Shown here piece by piece: positions 34,847 through 44,520 of a DNA stretch of 61,906 nucleotides. Every line of letters starts with the position of its first letter. Position 1 is the stretch's first letter. Position numbers and translations under genes: made by a program. The notes below the pieces were generated by a model that was not told the DNA's origin, made no database searches, and saw only the letters and a program-made list of their open reading frames with translations. Origin of the DNA: Eubacteriales bacterium (lineage in GTDB: Bacteria; Bacillota; Clostridia; Oscillospirales; CAG-272); assembly GCA_045532575.1 (NCBI GenBank), contig JAZSGE010000077.1:1-61906 (forward strand). Reading direction: 5' to 3'.

Positions 34847-35566
34847 ATGAAAATTTTGTCCATCGGCAACAGCTTCTCGCAGGATGCCCAGCACTATCTG
34901 CACGCGCTCGCCAAGCACAACGGCGTGAACCTGCGCACCATCAATCTTTACATCGGCGGCTGTTCGCTCCAGCGCCATTACTGGAATATGCTTGACGATC
35001 GCGCCGATTACAGCTACGAATTCAACAGCGAGACGACCGGCCTTAAGGTCTCGATCCGCGAGGCGCTGACGAGCGACCTTTGGGATTACGTCACCGTTCA
35101 GCAGGCGAGCCCCGTCAGTCCGAAATCGCCCTCCTACTTCCCCTACATCGAGGCGCTTGCCGACTACATCCGCAAGTATCAGCCCAAGACCAAGATCCTG
35201 GTCCACCAGACCTGGGCCTACGAGGACGGCACCGAGCGCCTCCAGAATGTCGGCGGCTTTGAGACGGCCGAGGCGATGATGGCGGCGATCCGCGACTCCT
35301 ACAAAACGGCGGCCGATGCCATTGATGCCCACGGCATTATCCCCTGCGGCGAGGCGATGCTCCGCGCGGCGAAGGCCGGACTGCAGGTCCACAGAGACTC
35401 CGCCCACGCCGGTCGTGGGGCGGGGCGCTATCTTCTTTCGCTCACCTGGCTCAAGACGCTGACGGGAATCGACATTTCGAATGACACCTTCTCGGCCTTT
35501 GACGTTCCCGTGAGCGACGAGGAGCGCCGCATCGTGATCGAGGCGGTCAACGACGCCACGAAATAA
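34847..35566 (+). CDS. DUF4886 (SGNH-hydrolase-like) protein
   Basis: MKILSIGNSFSQDA N-terminus. Confidence 0.7.
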   Translation: MKILSIGNSFSQDAQHYLHALAKHNGVNLRTINLYIGGCSLQRHYWNMLDDRADYSYEFNSETTGLKVSIREALTSDLWDYVTVQQASPVSPKSPSYFPYIEALADYIRKYQPKTKILVHQTWAYEDGTERLQNVGGFETAEAMMAAIRDSYKTAADAIDAHGIIPCGEAMLRAAKAGLQVHRDSAHAGRGAGRYLLSLTWLKTLTGIDISNDTFSAFDVPVSDEERRIVIEAVNDATK

Positions 35567-35577
35567 GGTCGCCGCCA

Positions 35578-36243
35578 ATGCGACTGCTCCTGAATGCGCT
35601 CTTAAAGGTAAGCCTCGGCGCACTCCTCCTCGGGGCGCTCCTCTTCCTCCCGGCATGGACGCTTGCTTATCCCGGGGCATGGCTCTTCTTAGGCCTCCTT
35701 TTTATTCCCATGCTCCTTATGGGCACCGTCCTTTACGTGAAGGCGCCGGCGCTCCTTGAAAAGCGGCTGGACCCAAGGGAAAAGGAGGGGGCGCAGAAGG
35801 GGGTCATCGCGCTCTCGGGGCTGATGTTCCCTGCCGTCTTTGTGCTGTCGGCACTCGATTTCCGCTTCGGGTGGTCCTCGGTGCCGCTTTGGCTCACGGC
35901 CACGGCAGCCGCGCTCTTTCTCCTCGGCTACGGCATGTACGCCGAGGTCCTGCGTGAGAATGCGTATCTCTCCCGCACCGTCGAGGTGCAAAAGGGACAG
36001 ACCGTCATCTCGACCGGCCTCTATGGCGTTGTGCGCCACCCGATGTACCTGGCAACGCTGCTGATGTTCTTGCCGATGCCGCTGATCCTCGGCTCGTTCT
36101 ACGGGCTGATTCCGCTGGCGCTCTATCCTATCCTTATCGTTTTTCGCATCCTGAACGAGGAGCGCGTGCTGACCGAGGGACTCCCCGGCTATGCCGACTA
36201 TACGGAGAGGGTCAAGCATCGGCTGATTCCATTTATCTTCTGA
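35578..36243 (+). CDS. isoprenylcysteine carboxyl methyltransferase (ICMT) family membrane protein
   Basis: TGLYGVVRHPMY motif and several TM segments. Confidence 0.75.
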   Translation: MRLLLNALLKVSLGALLLGALLFLPAWTLAYPGAWLFLGLLFIPMLLMGTVLYVKAPALLEKRLDPREKEGAQKGVIALSGLMFPAVFVLSALDFRFGWSSVPLWLTATAAALFLLGYGMYAEVLRENAYLSRTVEVQKGQTVISTGLYGVVRHPMYLATLLMFLPMPLILGSFYGLIPLALYPILIVFRILNEERVLTEGLPGYADYTERVKHRLIPFIF

Positions 36244-36253
36244 AGGGTCCTCT

Positions 36254-36907
36254 ATGAAACGTGTATTTCTCTTTGATTTTGACGGCACACTCGTCGATTC
36301 CATGCCCACGTTCACGGGTATGATGTCAAGAATACTTGACGAAAACGGCATCCCGTGGGATGCCGAGGTCCTGCGCACCGTCACGCCGCTCGGCTACCGC
36401 GGCGCGGCTGAATATTTCCGCGAGCTTGGCATTGATCTTCCGATCGACGTGATGATCGAGAGGATGTACGAGCTGGCGCTCGAGGAGTACCGTACCCGCA
36501 TTCCTCTGAAGGCAGGGGTGGCCGAAACGCTCCGGGCGCTTGCGGCCGCGGGGGCCGATCTCAACATCCTGACAGCGAGCCCGCACGCGGCGCTTGACGT
36601 GGTGCTTGAGCGCCACGGGATCACGCCCCTCTTTCACGAGGTCTGGTCCTCGGAGGATTTTGGCACGACCAAGTCGGATCCCGCGATCTACGAAATGGCG
36701 GCCAAGCGGCTTGGCTGTACGGTCGGGGAGGTCGTGTTTGTAGACGATAATCTCACCGCCGTCCGAACGGCGAAGGCCGCCGGTATGCGAGCCGTGGGGA
36801 TCTTTGACGAGTCCTCGGCCGAGCGCGCCGACGAGATCCGTGCGGTGGCCGATCGCTACGTTATGGAAATTTCTGAGCTTTTGGCCGAACAGGGGGTGAC
36901 AGCATGA
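36254..36907 (+). CDS. HAD family hydrolase
   Basis: LFDFDGTLVDS and FVDDN motifs. Confidence 0.8.
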   Translation: MKRVFLFDFDGTLVDSMPTFTGMMSRILDENGIPWDAEVLRTVTPLGYRGAAEYFRELGIDLPIDVMIERMYELALEEYRTRIPLKAGVAETLRALAAAGADLNILTASPHAALDVVLERHGITPLFHEVWSSEDFGTTKSDPAIYEMAAKRLGCTVGEVVFVDDNLTAVRTAKAAGMRAVGIFDESSAERADEIRAVADRYVMEISELLAEQGVTA

Positions 36908-37605
36908 ACAAGCCCAACAAGGTCCTGACCTTCAGCTATGACGACGGAGTCAGCCAGGATGCGCGTCTTATTGACCTTCTGAACAAGTACGGAATGAAGG
37001 GCACCTTCAATCTCAATTCGACCCATCTCGGTGTGCAGGGCGAGCTTGTACGCGAGGGGAGGACGGTGACGCATCACCGCTTCTCCGCCGCCGACGTGCG
37101 GCAGATCTACGCCGGGCACGAGGTTGCGGGCCACACTAAGACCCACGCCTTTTTGCCGAAGCTTACCGAGGATCGCGCCGTCATTGCCGAGGTTGAGGAG
37201 GACCGCCTGCGGTTATCTGAGCTTTGCGGCACCGAGGTGGTAGGCTTTGCCTACCCCGGGGGCGGCATCAATTACGATCACCGCGTCTCCGAGCTGATCC
37301 GCACCTGCACCGGTATCCGCTACTGCCGCACGACGGTTTCGAGCCACAGCTTTGATCCCGAGGAGAATCTCTATGAATTCCGCCCGAGCGTCTACCATCA
37401 CGCCGAGTGGGATGCGCTGTTCCGTCTTGGCGAGGACTTTCTCTCGCTGAAGGCCGACACGCGGAAGATCTTCAGCGTGTGGGGACACTCATACGAATTC
37501 GACATTCACGACACGTGGGATCGCTTTGAGGAATTCCTGCGTATGATGAAGGGCCGCGAGGACATCCTGTATCTCACCAACAAGGAGGCCCTCCTTGGAG
37601 ACTAA
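36904..37605 (+). CDS. polysaccharide deacetylase family protein
   Basis: ATGA overlap with the upstream gene. LTFSYDDGV and AGHT-H motifs (NodB-like). Confidence 0.75.
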   Translation: MNKPNKVLTFSYDDGVSQDARLIDLLNKYGMKGTFNLNSTHLGVQGELVREGRTVTHHRFSAADVRQIYAGHEVAGHTKTHAFLPKLTEDRAVIAEVEEDRLRLSELCGTEVVGFAYPGGGINYDHRVSELIRTCTGIRYCRTTVSSHSFDPEENLYEFRPSVYHHAEWDALFRLGEDFLSLKADTRKIFSVWGHSYEFDIHDTWDRFEEFLRMMKGREDILYLTNKEALLGD

Positions 37606-37615
37606 GGAGAAAGCA

Positions 37616-38587
37616 ATGACGCCGTATCTTCGTATTCTGCCGAAGGAGGAGGGGCGCGAGCGCGCCTCCTTCGATCTCTATCTGCCCGCGAGCGAGGAGG
37701 GGAAGGTTTACACTCTCTACCACTTTGCTTACGAGGTCAACGAGAGAAAGCCGTCGCTTGCCTACGGCGAAGGGCCGAACGACCCCGCCAACCGCTGTCA
37801 CTACCGCATCCGCACCGCCGAGATCGTGAAGCGTGAGGGCGATGCCTTCCGCCCGATCTGCGACGCCCTGCGCGGTGGCGAGGTCGGCCTTGCCATCCAC
37901 GAGGAGGGCGCGGGTGACTACGTCGGCGGGCTTCACGGTGACGAGGTTCTCTCCGAGGTCACGCTGTCGGTCGGAGGAAGGGCACTCCCGCTTGACGGCG
38001 ACTTCTGCGGCGAGGCCCGGGGCTTCACCTTTTCCGAGGTGTCGATCATCTACCGCTGCAACACGCCAACACAGCCGATTGCCCGCCATACCGCGACCTA
38101 CACCGTCGACCGAGGGCGACTCCTGCTATCCGCCGAGCTCACATGGCTGACCGAGGCAAAGGCGCCGGTCACGGCGTTTATGCCGATGCTGACAGCGCCC
38201 CGCATCGACATGAAGGACCCTTTGCACATTCTCACCGACACCGTCGAGCTGTACGACGAGGGGGGCGAGCTTCTCGCTGCCTTCGACACTACCCCCTACG
38301 GTGCCGAGCCGACCGAGGGGCTCACCACGCACCTTGGCCAGGGAACGCAGGCAACGTCAGCGCGCATTTACAAGAAGGACGGTGGTCTTTCGGTTTTTGG
38401 CGGCTACACCTGCCCCGACGGGTCGATCCCCAAGGCGCAGCGTGCGTCCAACGTCTGGATCCGCTTCGGCGGCGCCAAGGACAGCAAGGTCTACTTCGAG
38501 ATCGGCGCCGGCGCACACCCCACCGAGGGAACCGTCTGGCGCAGTCACATCGTCTACGAGATCACCTACAAAGAGAAGGTTTTGTAA
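37616..38587 (+). CDS. hypothetical beta-rich protein
   Basis: AAGGAGA RBS. No family recognised. Confidence 0.55.
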   Translation: MTPYLRILPKEEGRERASFDLYLPASEEGKVYTLYHFAYEVNERKPSLAYGEGPNDPANRCHYRIRTAEIVKREGDAFRPICDALRGGEVGLAIHEEGAGDYVGGLHGDEVLSEVTLSVGGRALPLDGDFCGEARGFTFSEVSIIYRCNTPTQPIARHTATYTVDRGRLLLSAELTWLTEAKAPVTAFMPMLTAPRIDMKDPLHILTDTVELYDEGGELLAAFDTTPYGAEPTEGLTTHLGQGTQATSARIYKKDGGLSVFGGYTCPDGSIPKAQRASNVWIRFGGAKDSKVYFEIGAGAHPTEGTVWRSHIVYEITYKEKVL

Positions 38588-38620
38588 GGTTTGGTTTACA
38601 ATTCTCCCAAAGCATCCGAC

Positions 38621-38662
38621 AAAGCGTGCGTTTTTCTCCGGAACAAGACGCACGCTTTTTTG
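38621..38662 (+). terminator. intrinsic terminator
   Basis: AGCGTGCGT ... ACGCACGCT followed by TTTTTT. Confidence 0.65.
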
Positions 38663-38728
38663 TTTTTCAAGGACAACAGCGAGCCCGCGGCAGGAACATC
38701 GAGCGCGGCAAAACTTTCCCGAAGGGGC

Positions 38729-38757
38729 TTGCAAAGCCGGCGCGCTTATGATATACT
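38729..38757 (+). promoter_or_regulatory. sigma-A promoter
   Basis: TTGCAA at 38729-38734, 17-nt spacer, TGA-TATACT at 38749-38757. Confidence 0.55.
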
Positions 38758-38821
38758 ATGCCTACAGTATACCTATACGCGCGTGTATCGGCGCGCGCGG
38801 AAGGCCGAAGGGGGACGAGCT

Positions 38822-39919
38822 ATGGATAACGCAAGACGTGTTGCCTGCCCTCTCCTGCTGCACCCCGAGAGCCCGGTATATGACGAAGCGATCCGACGCT
38901 TCCAGGGCTGCCCGACGGTCGCCGCAACACGCGGCGGCCGGCTGTATCTCGGCTGGTATGCGGGCGGAACGCGCGAGCCGCATATCAAAAACTACAATCT
39001 CCTCATTTACAGTGACGACGAGGGGGTCACGTGGTCAAGGCCGCTCCTCGTCATCCCGAGCGACCGCGAGCGCATGATCCACGCCCTTGATATCCAGCTC
39101 TTTCTCGATCCTCGGGGGCGCCTGCACGTCGTGTGGGTGCAGAACAACGCGCGCCCCCTCGGGGATGGGCCCGTGCCCTCCTCGCCCGACAAGCCCCTCG
39201 CTGTCGTGGACGGGGTGATCTTTGACGACTTCCGCCATACGATGTGGGAGACGGTGTGTGACGATCCCGATGCCGACGAGCCGCGCTTCTCCGAGCCACG
39301 CTGTCTTGACATCGGCTTTCTGCGCTGTAAGCCCACCTTCCTTTCGAGCGGCCGTTGGCTCCTCTTCAACTACGACCAGGAGTCCGACCGCTACGGGTAC
39401 AGTATATCGGACGATGAAGGCAGGACACACCGTCATCGCTACGGCCCCCAAAAGCTCGCCACCCCCTTTGACGAGGCCATGGCCTACGAGAGGCGCGACG
39501 GGAGCATCCGCATGCTGGCGCGCTCGGGACTTGGAGAGCTGGCCGAGGCCTTCTCCTTTGACGGCGGTGAAACCTTCACCGAGGCCCGCCGCTCGGGCAT
39601 CGTGAGTCCGAGCTCGCGCTTTTACGTCGGCAGAACGCCCACAGGGCGCCTCCTCCTTGTCCGCAACGATGACCAGAGGGAGCGGCGGCGCATGACGCTC
39701 TCGCTCTCCGAGGATGACGGCGCCACCTGGCCGCACTCGGCGTGCATCGACGAGCGCACGAATCTTTCGTATCCCGACGTGGATTATTACGGCGACCGCC
39801 TCTATCTCACCTATGACCGTGAGAGGACGGGCGCCCGTGAGATCCTGTTTGCCTCCCTCACCGAGGAGGACATCATGGGGGGAACCCTGCCGACACCGTC
39901 GGTCGTGAGTAAGCCATGA
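38822..39919 (+). CDS. BNR-repeat (sialidase-like) glycoside hydrolase, no signal peptide
   Basis: Asp-box motifs SDDEGVTW, SDDEGRTH, SFDGGETF and SEDDGATW. Confidence 0.75.
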   Translation: MDNARRVACPLLLHPESPVYDEAIRRFQGCPTVAATRGGRLYLGWYAGGTREPHIKNYNLLIYSDDEGVTWSRPLLVIPSDRERMIHALDIQLFLDPRGRLHVVWVQNNARPLGDGPVPSSPDKPLAVVDGVIFDDFRHTMWETVCDDPDADEPRFSEPRCLDIGFLRCKPTFLSSGRWLLFNYDQESDRYGYSISDDEGRTHRHRYGPQKLATPFDEAMAYERRDGSIRMLARSGLGELAEAFSFDGGETFTEARRSGIVSPSSRFYVGRTPTGRLLLVRNDDQRERRRMTLSLSEDDGATWPHSACIDERTNLSYPDVDYYGDRLYLTYDRERTGAREILFASLTEEDIMGGTLPTPSVVSKP

Positions 39920-40812
39920 AGCTATCTGCCTTTCTCTACATTCTTTTAGCGGGGGTCCTTTGGGGAACCTCGGGACTCTTTGCCCATTATCTGTACCCGT
40001 ACGGCTTTACACCGCTCGAGCTGGTTCTTTGCCGTGGGCTTGTCTCCTTCCTCCTGATGGCGGCGTATGCCCTTATCTTTAACCGCCGCCTCCTCCGCAT
40101 TGCCCCCCGTGAGCTGCCGCCCCTCGCCCTTGTCGGGCTCGGCATCTTCGGCACGGCGAGCCTGTACTACACCTCGATGGCCATGACCTCGGTGAGCACG
40201 GCGGTGGTCCTGATGTATACAGCCCCCGTCTACGTGCTTCTCCTTTCGGTGATTTTTCTCGGTGAGCGCCTCTCACGGCTGAAGCTCGCATCGATCGGGC
40301 TGATGCTCCTCGGGTGCTGCCTTGTCTCGGGCATTATCGGGGGGCTCCGCTTCCATGCCCTCGGCCTTCTGGCCGGGGCGGCCTCGGGGGTCAGCTACGC
40401 GCTCTATAACCTCTTTGTCAAGATCGCGGTCCGCCGCGGGAACGACCCGGTGTCGGTCTCGATGATCGCCTTCCTTGCGATGACCCTCGCCGCCGCGCTC
40501 TGCATCTCGCCGAGGAGCCTTTGGGGGCACCTGCTCGCCGCGCCGGCCGTGACCCTGCCGCTCGGCATCGGGATCGGCATCGCCACCTGTATTCTTCCCT
40601 ATTTTCTCTACACGCTGGCCATGCGTGATCTCTCGGCCGGCACGGCCTCGGCCCTTGGGATCTTTGAGCCGATGGCGGCAACGCTGTTCGGCATTTTGTT
40701 CCTTCACGAGCGGCCGGGGATCTACGGATATCTTGGTATGGCACTCATCCTTCTTGCCGTAGTCCTGCTCGGCAAGGCTGAGGATGCCGTGGGAAAGGAG
40801 ACACGAAAATGA
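39916..40812 (+). CDS. EamA/DMT family transporter
   Basis: ATGA overlap with the upstream gene. 10 TM segments in two EamA-like halves. Confidence 0.8.
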   Translation: MKLSAFLYILLAGVLWGTSGLFAHYLYPYGFTPLELVLCRGLVSFLLMAAYALIFNRRLLRIAPRELPPLALVGLGIFGTASLYYTSMAMTSVSTAVVLMYTAPVYVLLLSVIFLGERLSRLKLASIGLMLLGCCLVSGIIGGLRFHALGLLAGAASGVSYALYNLFVKIAVRRGNDPVSVSMIAFLAMTLAAALCISPRSLWGHLLAAPAVTLPLGIGIGIATCILPYFLYTLAMRDLSAGTASALGIFEPMAATLFGILFLHERPGIYGYLGMALILLAVVLLGKAEDAVGKETRK

Positions 40813-41981
40813 AGGCTGTGATCGCCATTGATTCCTTCAAGGGGAGCCTATCGAGCCTGCGGGCGGGGGATGCCGTCCGCGCGGCGCTCCTGGCCGTCTT
40901 CCCCTCGGCCGAGGGGCAGGTCTTCCCCTTAGCCGACGGCGGCGAGGGCACGGTGCGCGCCATCGTGGCGGCCACCGGAGGGTGCCTGCGCACGGTGCGT
41001 GTCACGGGGCCGCTCGGCACGCCCTGCGAGGCCGAGTACGGCTGTCTTCCCGATCATCGCACCGCCGTCCTTGAAATGAGTGCGGCGGCCGGGCTCCCTC
41101 TCGTCCCCGAGGACGAGCGTGACCCGATGCATACCACCACCTACGGCGTTGGCGAGATGATCGCCTCGGCCATTGCCGAGGGCTACCGCGACTTCATCAT
41201 CGGTCTTGGCGGCAGTGCCACGAACGATGGGGGCGTTGGGATGCTGTCGGCGCTCGGCTATGCCTTCCTGGATGCCGACGGCCGCCCCATCGCGCGCGGC
41301 GCGCGCGGTCTTGCCTCGCTCGACCGCATTGTGACCGAGGGGGCGCTCCCCGCGCTAAGAGAGTGCCGCTTCCGCGTGGCGTGTGACGTTGAAAATCCTT
41401 TGTGCGGCGCGCGCGGCGCGAGTGCCGTCTTCGGTCCGCAGAAGGGGGCCACCCCGGCGGCGGTCGAGGCGATGGACCGCGCCCTCGCCGCCTATGCCGA
41501 AAAGACCGCCGCGCTCCTCCCCACAGCCGATCCCCGTGCCAAGGGCGCCGGGGCGGCCGGGGGCCTTGGCTTTGCCCTCCTTGCCTATCTCGGGGCGACG
41601 CTCACCCCCGGCATCTCGCTTGTCATCGAGGCCACGGGGCTTGAGTCGGCCATTGCCGAGGCCGACCTCGTCATCACGGGCGAAGGGCGGCTTGACGGGC
41701 AGTCCTCGATGGGAAAGGCACCGACCGGGGTCGCCGCCGCCGCCAAGCGTCACGGCAAGCCCTGCCTCGCGTTTGCGGGAGCCGTGACCGAGGAGGCGGC
41801 TGCCTGCCACGCCCTTGGCATTGATGCCTTCTTCCCCATTCTGCGCGCTCCCTGCACGCTCAGCGAGGCGATGGACGGGGAGACCGCCTACCGTAATCTC
41901 AAAGCGACCGCCGAGGAGGTCTTCCGCCTGATGGGATGCCTCAAGGAGCCGATCGCTACTCAAGGAAAGGACCCTCTATGA
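40809..41981 (+). CDS. glxK: glycerate kinase
   Basis: IAIDSFKGSLSS ... PLADGGEGT N-terminus is typical of GlxK/GarK. Confidence 0.85.
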   Translation: MKAVIAIDSFKGSLSSLRAGDAVRAALLAVFPSAEGQVFPLADGGEGTVRAIVAATGGCLRTVRVTGPLGTPCEAEYGCLPDHRTAVLEMSAAAGLPLVPEDERDPMHTTTYGVGEMIASAIAEGYRDFIIGLGGSATNDGGVGMLSALGYAFLDADGRPIARGARGLASLDRIVTEGALPALRECRFRVACDVENPLCGARGASAVFGPQKGATPAAVEAMDRALAAYAEKTAALLPTADPRAKGAGAAGGLGFALLAYLGATLTPGISLVIEATGLESAIAEADLVITGEGRLDGQSSMGKAPTGVAAAAKRHGKPCLAFAGAVTEEAAACHALGIDAFFPILRAPCTLSEAMDGETAYRNLKATAEEVFRLMGCLKEPIATQGKDPL

Positions 41982-42247
41982 AGCTCAACCGACACACCCT
42001 CTTCACCTTCGCGCTGATCACTCTTGCCATCGGCCTTGTCCTGCTCGGCATTGCCTACTACTTCTTCCATTTCGTGACCGACGACGGGCTTACCCTCGTC
42101 TTTCACGAGGAGGCGGGCAAGCCCTTTGTGACGATGCTCATCGGTGTCTTTGCCGTGCATTTTGTGGCGGCATCGGCGCTTTCGGCACTCATCGCTCTCA
42201 TTTTCTTTGATACGGCGAAAACGACCGCCGGGGAGGCCAACGAATGA
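41978..42247 (+). CDS. small membrane protein
   Basis: ATGA overlap with the upstream gene. Two hydrophobic helices. Confidence 0.5.
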   Translation: MKLNRHTLFTFALITLAIGLVLLGIAYYFFHFVTDDGLTLVFHEEAGKPFVTMLIGVFAVHFVAASALSALIALIFFDTAKTTAGEANE

Positions 42248-42888
42248 ACTACAAGGTCATTGATATCGCGACCTGGGAGCGCCGCCCGCTCTTTGATCTC
42301 TACATGACGCGCTTAAAGCTCGTGATGAACGTGACGGTGGATGTGGACGTTACCCGTCTTGTCCGCTACTGCAAGCGGCACGGGCTGAAATTCTATCCCG
42401 TTATGATGTGGCTTGTCGGCCGCCGCATGAATGCGCACGACGAGTTCCGCTACCGCTACACCGAGGAGGGCGAGCTCCGCCTCTTTGACTACGTTTCCCC
42501 CTCCTACACCGACTTTCACAAGGAGACCGGTAAGTTTGTGAAGTTCGTGACCGAGTATTCGGACGATCTTCGCACCTTCCACGACCGCGCGATGGCCGAC
42601 CGTGAGGCCCACAAGGATGACGAGGGCTTCCTCCCCCAGCCGGAGAACTTCTTTGACATCTCCTGCCTGCCGTGGATCCACTACAATTCGCTGACCCTGC
42701 ACGTGGACGAGGGACGCCCGACCCTCTACCCCGTCATCATCTGGGGCAAGCACGAGAGGCGCGGCCTCCGTCGCCTCCTCCCCGTGACGCTGAACATGAA
42801 CCACGCCGTCTGTGACGGCTATCATCTCTCGCGCTTCTTTACCGAGCTCCGTGCCGATATCGAGGCGCTCGTCGGAGGGAAGCTATGA
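42244..42888 (+). CDS. cat: type A chloramphenicol O-acetyltransferase-like protein
   Basis: TWERRPLFDLY N-terminus and catalytic NHAVCDGYH motif. Confidence 0.85.
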   Translation: MNYKVIDIATWERRPLFDLYMTRLKLVMNVTVDVDVTRLVRYCKRHGLKFYPVMMWLVGRRMNAHDEFRYRYTEEGELRLFDYVSPSYTDFHKETGKFVKFVTEYSDDLRTFHDRAMADREAHKDDEGFLPQPENFFDISCLPWIHYNSLTLHVDEGRPTLYPVIIWGKHERRGLRRLLPVTLNMNHAVCDGYHLSRFFTELRADIEALVGGKL

Positions 42889-43295
42889 AGCGTGTTGTCA
42901 TCATTGACGGGCAGGGCGGACGGCTCGGGGCGCTCCTTGTTGAAGAGATCCTCCGTGCCTCGCTCCCCTGCGAGCTTATCGCCATCGGCACGAACGGCAT
43001 TGCCACCGCCGCCATGCTGAAGGCAGGAGCACCGCAGGGCGCCACGGGCGAGAACCCCGTTGTCGTGGCGGCGCGCGATGCCGACGTGATCATCGGGCCG
43101 ATCGGGATCCTGGCCGCCGATGCAATGCTCGGCGAGATCACCCCGGCGATGGCTGCGGCGGTCGGTGCCTGCCGCGCTGAAAAGCTGCTCCTGCCGCTCA
43201 ACCGCTGTAAAAACCGTGTCGTTGGGGTCAAGTCCCTTTCGATGGCCGAGCTTGTACGGGAGGCGGTCGAGGGCCTCCGTGCGCTCCTCGGGTAA
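42885..43295 (+). CDS. DUF3842 family protein
   Basis: MKRVVIIDGQGGRLG N-terminus. Confidence 0.65.
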   Translation: MKRVVIIDGQGGRLGALLVEEILRASLPCELIAIGTNGIATAAMLKAGAPQGATGENPVVVAARDADVIIGPIGILAADAMLGEITPAMAAAVGACRAEKLLLPLNRCKNRVVGVKSLSMAELVREAVEGLRALLG

Positions 43296-43415
43296 GCCAA
43301 CAACCTCCGCCGGTCCGAAGGCCGCCGGAGAGCACATACATCCTCAGTAACCGATGCCAGAAGGCATCACGATCGTTCAAGACGGTGATATCATTTTTGG
43401 AAAGGAAACTTTACG

Positions 43416-43958
43416 ATGTCATCGAAAAGAAACCACTTGGTCCGTCTGACGACGGCGGCTATGCTGCTCGCCCTCGCCTTCCTGCTCCCCTTCCTCACCG
43501 GGCAGATCCCCGAGATTGGGAATATGCTCTGCCCGATGCACCTGCCGGTGCTCCTGTGCGGCTTCTTCTGCGGTCCGCTCCTCGGGGCGGTCGTAGGGGC
43601 GACAGCTCCCCTCCTCCGTTCGCTCACGCTCGGCATGCCGCCCCTCTTCCCGGTGGCGACGGCCATGGCCTTTGAGCTATTGACCTACGGTGCGCTGTCG
43701 GGGCTCCTTTACCGCCTTCTCCCCAAGAAGAGGTGGAGCGTTTACGTGGCGCTTGGCGGTGCCATGCTCGGCGGCCGTCTTGTGTGGGGGATCGTCAGCG
43801 CGATCCTTTACGGGATCATCGACTCCCCCTTTGGCTTTGGTATTTTCTTTACCCAGGCCTTCCTGAATGCGATCCCCGGGATCCTCCTGCAGATCGTGCT
43901 GATCCCGCTCCTCGTTCTCACACTCGAAAAAAACTACACTAAGCTTCTGCGCGGTTAG
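43416..43958 (+). CDS. ECF transporter S component (substrate unknown)
   Basis: About 180 aa with 5-6 TM segments. Pattern LALAFLLPFLTG ... HLPVLLCGFFCGP. Confidence 0.65.
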   Translation: MSSKRNHLVRLTTAAMLLALAFLLPFLTGQIPEIGNMLCPMHLPVLLCGFFCGPLLGAVVGATAPLLRSLTLGMPPLFPVATAMAFELLTYGALSGLLYRLLPKKRWSVYVALGGAMLGGRLVWGIVSAILYGIIDSPFGFGIFFTQAFLNAIPGILLQIVLIPLLVLTLEKNYTKLLRG

Positions 43959-43980
43959 GCCGTGCAAGAAAGGCGATCCT

Positions 43981-44520
43981 ATGCAGCTCTTACCCGTCTC
44001 ATCCTTGGAGTTTGACACCGTGTACGATGCGCTCGAGGAGGCCTTCCCCCGGGAGGAGAGACGTGACCGCCAAGCGGCACGCCTCCTTCTTACGACCTCC
44101 GCCTACTCTCTCCTTCACGTCGTGGAGGAGGGAGAGAGGCGCGGATGCGTTGGCCTTTGGGAGCTACCGGGCTTCACCTTCATCGAGCACCTTCTGACCT
44201 ATCCCGCCTACCGCAACAGGGGGGTGGGGGCGCGCGTTCTCGGGGCACTTGGAGAAGGAGGGCGCCCCCTCGTCCTTGAGGCCGAGCCACCCATAAGCCC
44301 CATGGCTGTGCGCCGCCTCGGCTTTTACGCGCGGTGCGGCTTCCACCGCGACCCCCTCGCCTACCTCCAGCCGCCCTACCGGGAGGAGGATGAGCCAACG
44401 CCGCTCGTGCTTCTCTCGTATCCCTCGCCCCTGGCCGATGCCCGTGCCGTGGCCGCCACGCTCTACCGCGAGGTGTACGGCATTGCCGAGCCCTCGCGGC
44501 TTTGGGAGAGCGCACGATGA
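43981..44520 (+). CDS. GNAT family N-acetyltransferase
   Basis: AYRNRGVGARVL acetyl-CoA binding motif. Confidence 0.75.
   Translation: MQLLPVSSLEFDTVYDALEEAFPREERRDRQAARLLLTTSAYSLLHVVEEGERRGCVGLWELPGFTFIEHLLTYPAYRNRGVGARVLGALGEGGRPLVLEAEPPISPMAVRRLGFYARCGFHRDPLAYLQPPYREEDEPTPLVLLSYPSPLADARAVAATLYREVYGIAEPSRLWESAR

Noticed and set aside
38301-39077. 258-aa plus-strand ORF overlapping the end of one gene and the start of the sialidase-like gene
   Set aside because: It is an out-of-frame Arg/Ser/Pro-rich translation that crosses a terminator and a promoter. The neighbouring frames carry real motifs.
43296-43415. Riboswitch upstream of the ECF S-component gene
   Set aside because: I looked for TPP, FMN, preQ1, cobalamin and THF signature sequences and saw none. 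Only two small generic hairpins are present. An Infernal scan could still overturn this.
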